From Paenibacillus cellulosilyticus (GTDB lineage Bacteria > Bacillota > Bacilli > Paenibacillales > Paenibacillaceae): DNA of 24,000 nt. Both the position numbers and the translations under genes were made by a program. This document shows positions 16,175 to 24,000 of this stretch, one piece after another. The notes beneath the pieces were generated by a model. That model did not search any database, was not told where the DNA came from, and saw only the letters and a list, made by a program, of their open reading frames with translations. Every line of letters starts with the position of its first letter. The stretch's first letter is position 1. The stretch covers positions 87,836 to 111,835 of the forward strand of contig NZ_QGTQ01000016.1 in NCBI RefSeq assembly GCF_003182255.1. The letters run 5' to 3'.

Positions 16175-17500
16175 GTGGCTCGAGAAAGCTTTGACAAAGA
16201 GGTGCAGCTGCTGCGGCTGCTCGCGCTCGCAGGCGGTGCATATAACCGGCAGCAGTTCGCGGCGCGGCTGGGCATCTCCGTACATACCTACGACAAAACG
16301 ATGCGCTACCTGAAGGAGATGCAAAGCTCGCTCAAGCAGCCGCTGTCCCCCGAGCAGGAGACCGAACTGTCAGACGGGCTTCGCTACAACTACTACGAAT
16401 CGGCCGACCCGCTGCTGTTATTCCTCTTCCGCGCCAAGTCGCTGAAGGAGTCGGAGAGCGTCCGGCTGTCCACGATATTAACTGTGCTGCAGGATCAGTC
16501 ACTGACCGCAAAAGAGCTGCTCGACTGCTGCAGCGAGACGATGTCTGCGGACTATCCAAGCCCTGACGAGAAGACGATCCGTGGCGATCTCAAATATCTT
16601 GAGGAGGTCGGCGTTATCGTCCGTACCTCAGACAGCCGCCCTTTCCGCTACACCGCAGCTATCGGACTGATTAATGAGCTGTCGGATGACGAGCTGATTG
16701 ATCTCTATGATTACGTCGATGTGATGGCGAATACGCAGGTTCCGTCTGTACAAGGCTACTTGCTTCGCGACACGCTGAAGAAGGCTTTGCGCAAGCGCGG
16801 CTTCGATCCATCGGCAGCCGAGACGCATCTGTACAAGTACCACTACCACTCGCGCATTCTTGACGAGGCGCATCTACATACGATTCACCGTGCGATTCGG
16901 GAGCGGCGACGGATTGATTTTGTATACCATGCACCTCGGAAGGGGAAAAACTACGCAGCTAAGAACACGAATCCACTGTTCGAACGCGAGGAGCAAAGTC
17001 AAACGCAGCCCCTCCTCCCGCTTCGTGTTATCTACGATCATCAATATGGACGCTGGTACCTCATCGGCCATACGCAGCGGAACGCGATTGCGAAATTCCG
17101 GATGGAAGGCATTACGCAGATCGAGGAAGGCGAGGTGGTTTCGGAGGAAGAGTTCAATCGGCACTTGAACACGGTTGAGCGTCAGATGGAGCGAAGCTGG
17201 GTTGTGGATACGCTGCGAACGATTAAGGTTGTGGCGAGATTTTTCAATCCGGAGCGACCTGGATCGAACTTCATTCGGGAACGTGTGGAGGCGCAGGGCC
17301 AATGGGGTTCGATCACGGAGGAATCCGACGAGTCTTTCCTCTATACGATTATGGTCAATGGCATCTACGAGATTAAGCCGTGGCTGCGGAGCTTCGGTTC
17401 CAGCTGTGAGGTGCTTGAGCCCGCATGGCTGCGCAAGGAGTTCATTGCGGAGTGGAAGGAGATTCAGGCCCATTATGAACCCGTTCGAAAAAATATTTAA
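16175..17500 (+). CDS. WYL-domain transcriptional regulator (HTH - second wHTH-like region - WYL - C-terminal WCX-like domain), PafB/PafC-like
   Basis: N-terminal HTH (YNRQQFAARLGISVHTYDKTMRYLKEM) and a second wHTH-like segment (LTAKELLDCC ... IRGDLKYLEEVGVIVRT). WYL signature LRVIYDHQYGRWYLIGHTQRNAIAKFRMEGI, plus a C-terminal extension domain. I prefer the GTG start at 16175 (AGGAGG at 16161-16166, 8-nt spacing). The ORF-track GTG at 16145 is an in-frame alternative. Confidence 0.85.
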   Translation: MARESFDKEVQLLRLLALAGGAYNRQQFAARLGISVHTYDKTMRYLKEMQSSLKQPLSPEQETELSDGLRYNYYESADPLLLFLFRAKSLKESESVRLSTILTVLQDQSLTAKELLDCCSETMSADYPSPDEKTIRGDLKYLEEVGVIVRTSDSRPFRYTAAIGLINELSDDELIDLYDYVDVMANTQVPSVQGYLLRDTLKKALRKRGFDPSAAETHLYKYHYHSRILDEAHLHTIHRAIRERRRIDFVYHAPRKGKNYAAKNTNPLFEREEQSQTQPLLPLRVIYDHQYGRWYLIGHTQRNAIAKFRMEGITQIEEGEVVSEEEFNRHLNTVERQMERSWVVDTLRTIKVVARFFNPERPGSNFIRERVEAQGQWGSITEESDESFLYTIMVNGIYEIKPWLRSFGSSCEVLEPAWLRKEFIAEWKEIQAHYEPVRKNI

Positions 17501-18275
17501 CTACCAAATGCTGTCGCGGCTCGACGAGTCGAACGCATTCGCCTTGACTACGCAGGAGCGCGCATGGCTGAAGATGCTGCTGTCTCACCAATCAGCGGAA
17601 AATGCCTTTACCTCGGATACGCTCGGCAAGCTGCGCGGACTGCTGGCGGACGAAGCCGCAGCCGACATTCGCGACATCATTATCGAGAAAGCGAAGAGCC
17701 GGGAGAAGCATGTGTACCACCCGATGCTGCGCTCGCTCCGCCGCATCATTGCGCAAGGCTTCGGCAGCTATATTACGTATCGGCTCAAGCATGGCGGCAT
17801 GCGGAATCAATTCGGCCTTCCGCTGAAGCTCGAATACAGCATGGTGAAACGGGAGTGGTATCTGCTCTGGTACAGCCCGCGAAGCCGCATGCTGATGGCG
17901 ACGAAGCTGGACAATCTCATCGCAGCTGACGCGGTCGAGCTGCACGCCGATCGTGCAGCATCGCTTCACCGTCGTGCGTCCGAGCTGCTCCACAATCGCA
18001 AGCAGCAAGCGGTTATTGAAGTCGTTCGCATGTATAACGAAGAGCTGTCGCGCATCCTTTATGCGTTCTCGTGCTTTGACAAGACGGTCAGCTATGACGA
18101 ACAGGCCGATCTGTATCATATCCACGTCACATATCCTGCCGACGAAGGCGAATATTTGCTGTCCAAAATCCGTTTTCTCGGCCTCCGAGTACGCGTTGCA
18201 GAAGGCAACTACCTGAAGCGGCGGATGTGGGAGTCCTCATCGAAGGCCATTGCGCGGTATGGAATAGGGGAATAA
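17475..18275 (+). CDS. WYL-domain protein without a recognisable N-terminal HTH (partner subunit, PafC-like)
   Basis: The in-frame ATG at 17475 (MNPFEKIFNYQ) overlaps the upstream gene's end by 26 nt. WYL signature ITYRLKHGGMRNQFGLPLKLEYSMVKREWYLLWYSPRS, plus a C-terminal WCX-like region (YHIHVTYPADEGEYLLSKIRFLGLRVRV). The first 100 codons of the ORF-track frame (from 17175) run inside the upstream gene and look non-coding (Arg/Ser-rich). Confidence 0.8.
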   Translation: MNPFEKIFNYQMLSRLDESNAFALTTQERAWLKMLLSHQSAENAFTSDTLGKLRGLLADEAAADIRDIIIEKAKSREKHVYHPMLRSLRRIIAQGFGSYITYRLKHGGMRNQFGLPLKLEYSMVKREWYLLWYSPRSRMLMATKLDNLIAADAVELHADRAASLHRRASELLHNRKQQAVIEVVRMYNEELSRILYAFSCFDKTVSYDEQADLYHIHVTYPADEGEYLLSKIRFLGLRVRVAEGNYLKRRMWESSSKAIARYGIGE

Positions 18276-18515
18276 GGGGTGCAGGCAGCATGATGGCATT
18301 GCGCATTGCGCACAGCGTCAACGCCCCCGTCGTGTTGGGGAAGCACGTGTGGAGTTAAGTGTAGCTGTACCACTCTTATTAATTTGCGACGACCCCATCA
18401 GGACGTTTAAGCGTGGCAGTTCCACACTGAAACCCATTGCAGCCTCCCATTTCCTACTCGTACGCTGCATTACGTGTGATTTTCCCGCTCTTGTTCGTCG
18501 GGGTTTGGCTGTAAT

Positions 18516-18546
18516 AAAAAAATAAGTGCGGTTGCACCGCACTTAT
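18516..18546 (-). terminator. Rho-independent terminator of the ABC efflux operon
   Basis: Stem ATAAGTGCGG(T) at 18522-18532 pairs with (A)CCGCACTTAT at 18536-18546 with a 3-5-nt loop. On the minus strand it is followed by TTTTTTT (complement of 18516-18522), about 90 nt after the stop at 18637. Confidence 0.75.
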
Positions 18547-18636
18547 GATGTCATGCTGTCCCAGCGACTGACCGCCTGCACGAGGAACGCAGCAAACAAC
18601 ATAAACCTAATCATCCTATGACAAAAAAGGAGAGCG

Positions 18637-19596
18637 TCACACGCCCTCCCCTTCTTCCTCTCGCTGTTCCTCCGACGGCCCAATCGTAACGCGCCTCCCA
18701 TCGAACGACAGCACCGCCTTGCCTCCCACATTCATCGACTCCAAATACTCCTTCGGAATTTGCAGCCTGCCAATATGGTCGATAACGACATACTGCTCGT
18801 GCCGAGAGCCGAAGCCTACAGCAGCTTGCGCGATTGCAGCGCCTGCCGATTCCATTTCCCCTGCCTCGCCCACACCATGCACAACGCCTGCCAGAGAACC
18901 CGTCTCTCCGCCCTCGCGCCTAATCCACTCCGTACTCGTTAACCCATCGCGTATCGCAACGACACGATCGACGCGATCGGCGACCGATAGATCATGCGTA
19001 ACGATGACAATCGTGACGCCCATCTCGGCATTCAGCCTGCGGAAAATCTCAAAAATCTGTTCGCCCGTCGCGCTGTCGACCGAGCCGGTCGGCTCGTCGG
19101 CCAGCAGCAGCTGCGGACGCCCTGCGAGCGCGATGGCGATCGCAACGCGCTGCTGTTCGCCGCCGCTCAGCTGCGTGAGGCGGCTGCCCATTCGATGCTC
19201 CAGCCCAACGGCGCTGAGCAGCTGCTTTGCAAATGCGCGATCCACTTTGCCTTGGATGAGCATGGGTAGTTCCACATTTTGCAGCGCGGTTAAATATGGA
19301 ATGAGATTACGTGCGTTATTTTGCCAAATAAATCCGACAGTCTCCCGCTTATAGGCAATAAGCTGCTCTTTCGTCATCTTAAGCAGGTTCCACTTCCCTA
19401 CGTGCGCCTGCCCGGCAGAAGGGCGGTCGAGGCCGCCCAATATATTCAGCAGCGTCGACTTTCCGCTCCCGCTGTTGCCGATGATCGCCATCATTTCGCC
19501 CTGCCTGACGTTTAAGTTCAGCCCTTGCAGCGCGACGACCTCGACGTCGTCGGTTTTATAGATTTTGACCATTCCCTCGCATCGAATCATCTCCAT
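18637..19596 (-). CDS. ABC transporter ATP-binding protein (MacB/LolD-type) with a C-terminal extension of about 90 aa
   Basis: Walker A GNSGSGKST, Q-loop, signature LSGGEQQR, Walker B LLLADEPT, H-loop VTHD. The C-terminal tail contains an AbrB/SpoVT-like pattern (IDHIGRLQIPKEYLESMNVGGKAVLSFDGRRVTIGP). RBS GGATGGAGG. Confidence 0.9.
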   Translation of the reverse strand: MEMIRCEGMVKIYKTDDVEVVALQGLNLNVRQGEMMAIIGNSGSGKSTLLNILGGLDRPSAGQAHVGKWNLLKMTKEQLIAYKRETVGFIWQNNARNLIPYLTALQNVELPMLIQGKVDRAFAKQLLSAVGLEHRMGSRLTQLSGGEQQRVAIAIALAGRPQLLLADEPTGSVDSATGEQIFEIFRRLNAEMGVTIVIVTHDLSVADRVDRVVAIRDGLTSTEWIRREGGETGSLAGVVHGVGEAGEMESAGAAIAQAAVGFGSRHEQYVVIDHIGRLQIPKEYLESMNVGGKAVLSFDGRRVTIGPSEEQREEEGEGV

Positions 19597-19611
19597 GCAA
19601 CAACCTCCATC

Positions 19612-22401
19612 CTACCGTTCCTCGCCAAGCTTCACGGCCTGTGTAATGCGCAGGCTGCGCAGCTGCCAGACGAGCAGGCAAGCTCCTGCTGCCAGCATAA
19701 CGCCAGTTGCAGCATACAGCTTTAATGCATCTTCCGCCTCGAACACAATGCGGAACGGCGGCACCTGTCTCTCGCTGTCGACGCCTCCGCCTTGCAGGAA
19801 TGGCAGGAACAAACGGCTTGCCGCTTGACCTAGCCCGATGCCTGCTGCCAGTGACAGCCCCGTCGTAAACAACTGCTCAAGCAGCAGCATACCGGTCAAT
19901 TGACCACGTGACAGCCCTGTCGCACGCAGAATACCGAGCTGAACGACTCTTCGCGATAACGAGAACAGCCAGAAAATCAAATACCCGAGCAGCGAGATTA
20001 GCAGCGTTATGATAAACCCAAGGCTCAGGATGCCAAATAGTCCTCCTTGTGCCGGATGGCTGCGCCGATCGACCAGTTCACTGCGCGCATCACTAGCATC
20101 GGTAACCGTAACGCCTCGATCCGCCAACGTATCCAGCACCGGCCCGAGCTTCGCGCCATCGTCCATATTCAGCCACACCTCGTACGGCGTTTTCTCAATC
20201 TGCTGATAAATATAGTCGAGGTTCGCGATGAAGTAAGGCGATTCATCCTCATACAAGCTCGGCCAGTACGGCACGATTCCAACGACAACGAAGTCCACCG
20301 CGGTGTTATCGTAGCCGACTCGCAGACTAATCGGATCCCCCTCCTTCAGCCCATGCTTACGTGCAAAAGCCTGCGATACGAGCACCGCCTGTTCCGCCGT
20401 GCCAAGCGCATCCAAATAATAATACGGATGAATCGCATACAGGTCATTGCGAAACCATGCCGCCTGCGCGAACTCGGCATTGTCGATGCCGACGAGTTGA
20501 CCGCTGCCAGCTGACTTGCCGCTAATCTCGACCTTGCCCGTCGCCTTATAGACGCGTGCCGCCGCTGTTACGCCATCCAACTGACGGAACGACTCGAACG
20601 ACGGCTCGGAATAATAAATCCGATTCTCATCATTCTCGTCCTGCACGCCTTCCCATGCCGTCTTCACCACGACATCAGCTCCGTATTGATACTGCGTACG
20701 GTCAGAGGCGTTAAGATCCATTGTTCGAGCGGCAGAGGAATTGTAAACGCCAAGCCCAATCGTCAGGATGAGCAGCAGCATGATCGGATAGAACGAAACG
20801 GCAGAGCGTGACAGCTGCGTAACAGTCAAGTAGATGGTTACCGGCATCCGATGCCTCATCATGGCGTTCCAGTAACGCAGCAGCAGCGGGAATAGGCGAA
20901 GCCCCAACAGGCCGGCTGCGAATATAAACAGCGCCGGTATGACGAAGATGACAGGCTGTATGCTCGCTTCACTATCAGCTCCCGACACCGACGACAGTTG
21001 GCCGGCATGAAGTGCATACCATCCTGCTCCTGCCAACCCAAGCAGCACCACATCGAGATACAACCGCTGCCACATCGGTCTGCCCGCTCCCCGCGAGCGC
21101 TGTTGAGCATGTTGAACTACTGATGATTCAGCGTACCTGCGAATCGGAGCAGTAGAGGCAATGGCAGCGAGTACCGCTGCCATCCCGCCGAGCAGCCACG
21201 CGGAGCGGCTGATACCAACCGGAATCGACTTCCGTCCAACAAAAGATAAGAAACCGCTGGAGGAGCCGATCACTTTGGCCATGAACCAAGCCAAGCATGC
21301 GCCGATTGCCAGCGCCGCTAAGCCGAGAATGGCGGCCTCGATCGCATACAAAGCAATGATTTGCCGCGGACTCGCCCCACGGCTATGCAGCACAGCAATG
21401 ACACCGCGCTGACGCTCTAAAGCCTGCTGCGCGTTAAGCGTAATGAAATAGAGCGCCATCGTCAGCACAGGTGCCGCCAGCGCGAACAGCATCGCCAGCA
21501 GCAGGACGCTCTGCTGCTGGAAATCGCGCAGCATCGACTCAAACGTCAGATTCATTTTCGTATCGGCCAGCATGCCGTGCAGCGTCACTTCCAGTCGCTG
21601 CAGCTCGTCAATAAGCGGCGACAAGTCCTGCATACGGATATTGTCTAGATTGAACGCATAGAACCATCCAGCAGAATCTGGTACGAGATTACTGTCACCT
21701 AATAGCGTACCCGTCATCGTGTCATTGCTGACCCATAGTGTGCTAGCCAGCTTGTCCTTACCGTCGATTGCCCAGCTTAGGTTCGTCTCGTCGCGCAGCT
21801 TATATGAGCCGGAGATGCGAACTGTCAGTCGTTGAACCTTGCCGTCCGCATTCTTGGCATCATAGTAGAACGTATCGCCGACATTCCAGTCATAACGTTC
21901 CATCGTCTCGCCCAAAACAAGCGCCTCTATCACGCCGTCCATCTTTCCTTCTGCGGGCAGCTTGCCGTCCACAAGTTCTGCTCCTTCAGGTATGCCGGCT
22001 TGCGTCGCCAGCTCCATCCGAACGAGTCGGTTCGCTGCGCCACTGCCTTGACTTACGGGACGAACCGTGGAGGCTGGCAAGCTGACCCGGCTGGAATAAC
22101 CCTCCACCGGGAAGCCCATACGCTTCGGCAGCGTCTCCCGGACCCAGCGGTCGGCCTCCGCGAGACCTTCGAGATCGGCCTCGTCATTGCCGTCGGACTG
22201 GTATTTCAAATAGAGCGATGCGGCGGGAAGCCCCTGCGTCTGCTCTTCAAGCGACTTTGCTACAACGCGTTTGAGTGTTCCATCCGCATACATCGGGATG
22301 CTCATGGCGAATGCAACGGCGACCGTCAGGCCTAATAGCGTGGTCAGGGTGAACCAACGGTTTTGCCGCATTTTGAGCAGTAGAAACAGAAGAATGCGCA
22401 T
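19612..22401 (-). CDS. Fused double-FtsX/MacB-type ABC permease (929 aa)
   Basis: By eye there are about 10 TM segments arranged as TM1, a large ectodomain (about aa 40-295), three TMs, two linker TMs, one TM, a second ectodomain (about aa 556-800), then three TMs. This amounts to two MacB-like halves in one chain. The start overlaps the adaptor stop (TAATG). Confidence 0.9.
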   Translation of the reverse strand: MRILLFLLLKMRQNRWFTLTTLLGLTVAVAFAMSIPMYADGTLKRVVAKSLEEQTQGLPAASLYLKYQSDGNDEADLEGLAEADRWVRETLPKRMGFPVEGYSSRVSLPASTVRPVSQGSGAANRLVRMELATQAGIPEGAELVDGKLPAEGKMDGVIEALVLGETMERYDWNVGDTFYYDAKNADGKVQRLTVRISGSYKLRDETNLSWAIDGKDKLASTLWVSNDTMTGTLLGDSNLVPDSAGWFYAFNLDNIRMQDLSPLIDELQRLEVTLHGMLADTKMNLTFESMLRDFQQQSVLLLAMLFALAAPVLTMALYFITLNAQQALERQRGVIAVLHSRGASPRQIIALYAIEAAILGLAALAIGACLAWFMAKVIGSSSGFLSFVGRKSIPVGISRSAWLLGGMAAVLAAIASTAPIRRYAESSVVQHAQQRSRGAGRPMWQRLYLDVVLLGLAGAGWYALHAGQLSSVSGADSEASIQPVIFVIPALFIFAAGLLGLRLFPLLLRYWNAMMRHRMPVTIYLTVTQLSRSAVSFYPIMLLLILTIGLGVYNSSAARTMDLNASDRTQYQYGADVVVKTAWEGVQDENDENRIYYSEPSFESFRQLDGVTAAARVYKATGKVEISGKSAGSGQLVGIDNAEFAQAAWFRNDLYAIHPYYYLDALGTAEQAVLVSQAFARKHGLKEGDPISLRVGYDNTAVDFVVVGIVPYWPSLYEDESPYFIANLDYIYQQIEKTPYEVWLNMDDGAKLGPVLDTLADRGVTVTDASDARSELVDRRSHPAQGGLFGILSLGFIITLLISLLGYLIFWLFSLSRRVVQLGILRATGLSRGQLTGMLLLEQLFTTGLSLAAGIGLGQAASRLFLPFLQGGGVDSERQVPPFRIVFEAEDALKLYAATGVMLAAGACLLVWQLRSLRITQAVKLGEER

Positions 22402-23474
22402 TATCGGCTCACAACCTTCTGGCCTTCCTCCAGCCCCTTAATAATCTCCGCATCCGTCGAAGTCTGAATGCCGACCTCTACGTCCACCTCGCCCTTGCTG
22501 CCATCAGCGTTCGAGACGAGCACATAATTTCGACTGTTCTGCGTTCGAAGGGCAGCAAGCGGAATCGATAATGCATTCGTCCTGCGCTCCACAATAACGG
22601 ATGCTGACAGTGGCGTGCCGCGCCCTGCACCTTCCGGCAGCTTATCGACGTCGATCAGCGTATAGGAATCAAGCGATTCCTCATCGTCGTCTTGGTCCGT
22701 GCTGATGGGCAGCCTACGGACCTTGCCTTTGTAATCACCTGCCGCATTGATGCTGACGACGGTTTCCATGCCCGGTGCAATGCTATCCAGATCGCTTGTA
22801 TTAAATTCTACGGCGACAACGAGCGAGGATAGGTCGGCGATTGTGCCGATCGTCTCATAAGCTTGGGTCAAATCACCCTTCTCCGCCGTGAAGCTGACAA
22901 TCATACCATCGTAAGGGGCGTACAGCTTCGAACCGGTCAAATCCTGCTGCAGCTCTGCGAGCTCATCCTTCAATAAACCATAATCGAGCTCTTGCTTGCG
23001 CAGCTGTGTGCTGCTCTCGGCTTCGTCCCCATCCAGGCCGCGCAAAGCATCCTTCAAATCCAGCTCCGCCTTCGCAATCTCGATCTGCTTGCGCTGAATC
23101 TGACTCTCGGTGTCGCCTGTATCAAGCGCGGCCAACAGCTGTCCCTTCTTCACCTTGTCGCCAGCTTTAACATAGACGTTCGTGATACGCTGGTTATCGA
23201 GCTCGAACAACAGATTGTCCTCCTGCTCCGACAACAGCTTCCCAGCCCCTGACGCCGTTAGCTCCAGCGTCTGTCGCGTCACCGGATACTCGATCTTCGT
23301 TGCGATCTTAGGCACTCGAATTTGTGGCAGCGACTCCTTCTCCTCTTCCTGCGGCAGCAGCGTGCAGCCCGCCGACAACAGCGATAAGCATAGCACGCTG
23401 ATCAATAGTCGGAATGCAGGCGCGCCGCGCTTACGCCGATTCGATTGTGCCGTCCGCCATTCGATAGACAACAT
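22401..23474 (-). CDS. Efflux periplasmic-adaptor (MacA/HlyD/YknX-like) lipoprotein
   Basis: Lipobox LLSAGC after a basic/hydrophobic signal. Biotinyl-lipoyl-like segments (VKAGDKVKKGQLLA ... LYAPYDGMIV), a coiled-coil hairpin (QIQRKQIEIAKAELDLKDALR ... LKDELAELQQDL), and a beta-barrel C-terminus. RBS GGGAGG. Confidence 0.85.
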   Translation of the reverse strand: MLSIEWRTAQSNRRKRGAPAFRLLISVLCLSLLSAGCTLLPQEEEKESLPQIRVPKIATKIEYPVTRQTLELTASGAGKLLSEQEDNLLFELDNQRITNVYVKAGDKVKKGQLLAALDTGDTESQIQRKQIEIAKAELDLKDALRGLDGDEAESSTQLRKQELDYGLLKDELAELQQDLTGSKLYAPYDGMIVSFTAEKGDLTQAYETIGTIADLSSLVVAVEFNTSDLDSIAPGMETVVSINAAGDYKGKVRRLPISTDQDDDEESLDSYTLIDVDKLPEGAGRGTPLSASVIVERRTNALSIPLAALRTQNSRNYVLVSNADGSKGEVDVEVGIQTSTDAEIIKGLEEGQKVVSR

Positions 23475-24000
23475 CTGCAGCCTCCCATAATGTAGAATCG
23501 TGTGTCGTCATGCATATGCCAATCCGCTCCACCTCAATGACGTCGCGGAATACGGCTAGAATACGAGCCGCCATCTGTGTATCCAATTCAGCAGTCGGCT
23601 CATCCGCCAGCAGCAGCGCAGGCTTGTGCGCAATGGCTTTCGCGATCGCCACCCGCTGCTGCTCACCGCCCGATAGCTCGAACGGGCGGTGAGCAGCCCG
23701 CTTCGTCAATCCGACGAGCTCAAGACAATGCGCGGTGCGTGCCTTCCACTCCGAACGATGAACACCGCTCATACGAAGCGACAGCTCGACGTTCTCCCAG
23801 GCCGTTAACAACGGCAGCAGCGCAAACGTTTGGAAGATGAAGCCGATGTCGCGCCGCCGGATTGCCGTAAGCTGCTTATCGGGCAGCTGATGCATCGCTC
23901 GTCCGCAGCAGTACACCTCGCCCTCACTCGGCCGATCAAGTCCGCCGAGCAGATTCAACAGCGTCGTCTTGCCCGACCCCGATCGACCGCGCAGCATCGT
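23431..24000 (-). CDS. ABC transporter ATP-binding protein (MacB-type); 5' end beyond the window
   Basis: The frame is open to the window edge. Walker A GRSGSGKTT, signature LSGGEQQR, Walker B LLLADEPT, H-loop TTHD. Its 3' end overlaps the adaptor gene start by 44 nt. Confidence 0.9.
   Translation of the reverse strand, partial: TMLRGRSGSGKTTLLNLLGGLDRPSEGEVYCCGRAMHQLPDKQLTAIRRRDIGFIFQTFALLPLLTAWENVELSLRMSGVHRSEWKARTAHCLELVGLTKRAAHRPFELSGGEQQRVAIAKAIAHKPALLLADEPTAELDTQMAARILAVFRDVIEVERIGICMTTHDSTLWEAADVVYRMADGTIESA

Noticed and set aside
17175-17474. 100-codon N-terminal extension of the second WYL ORF
   Set aside because: It lies wholly inside the first WYL gene in another frame and translates to Arg/Ser-rich sequence. 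The ATG at 17475 begins the family-like sequence.
16874-18125. 199-aa and 177-aa minus-strand ORFs antisense to the two WYL genes
   Set aside because: No RBS, and the composition is typical of antisense frames. The plus-strand frames carry HTH and WYL signatures.
18290-18358. 22-codon ORF (MMALRIAHSVNAPVVLGKHVWS) with a weak AAGGGG RBS just after the WYL operon
   Set aside because: It is too short, has no recognisable features, and cannot be assessed for conservation here. I note it only as a candidate to check in ribosome-profiling or comparative data.
18719-19354. 211-aa plus-strand ORF antisense to ABC ATPase-2, plus similar antisense ORFs across 19612-23490
   Set aside because: These are shadow ORFs with Ser/Pro/Ala/Arg-rich translations and no RBS. 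The minus-strand frames carry Walker, signature, FtsX and adaptor motifs.

Overview
The window looks like chromosomal DNA from a GC-rich Firmicute, probably Paenibacillaceae, judging by GGAGG-type RBSs, gene content and frequent TAATG/ATGA gene junctions. Most of it is ordinary accessory metabolism. Coordinates 1-4846 (- strand) hold a partial secreted GDSL hydrolase, a Gfo/Idh/MocA oxidoreductase, and an Mhq-like quinone/aromatic detoxification operon (MarR regulator, ring-cleaving dioxygenase, carboxylesterase, flavin reductase) with two ATCT-N8-AGAT operator-like palindromes. Coordinates 4847-5737 are an unusually long non-coding stretch containing a MITE-like inverted-repeat element. Next come a translationally coupled CrtQ-like GT2 glycosyltransferase and PlsY-family acyltransferase pair, a Cache-type methyl-accepting chemotaxis protein, a membrane-anchored GH5 cellulase, and a DinB/GNAT/histidine-phosphatase operon. 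The most interesting locus is 13389-18275. It encodes a bacterial Ro60 orthologue (TROVE+vWA, Rsr) overlapping a Pol-beta-type nucleotidyltransferase (RlaP/PF10127-like). Immediately upstream on the same strand are two tandem unannotated Y-RNA-like structured RNAs, one with a circularly permuted tRNA-like module (T arm, acceptor stem closed by a GCAA loop, D arm). Divergently transcribed is an overlapping pair of WYL-domain proteins (PafB/PafC-like). No RtcB or RtcR is present in the window. The window ends with a MacAB-like ABC efflux operon with two different ATPases, a lipoprotein adaptor and a fused double-FtsX permease. All functional calls are by-eye motif and family recognition; no searches were run.
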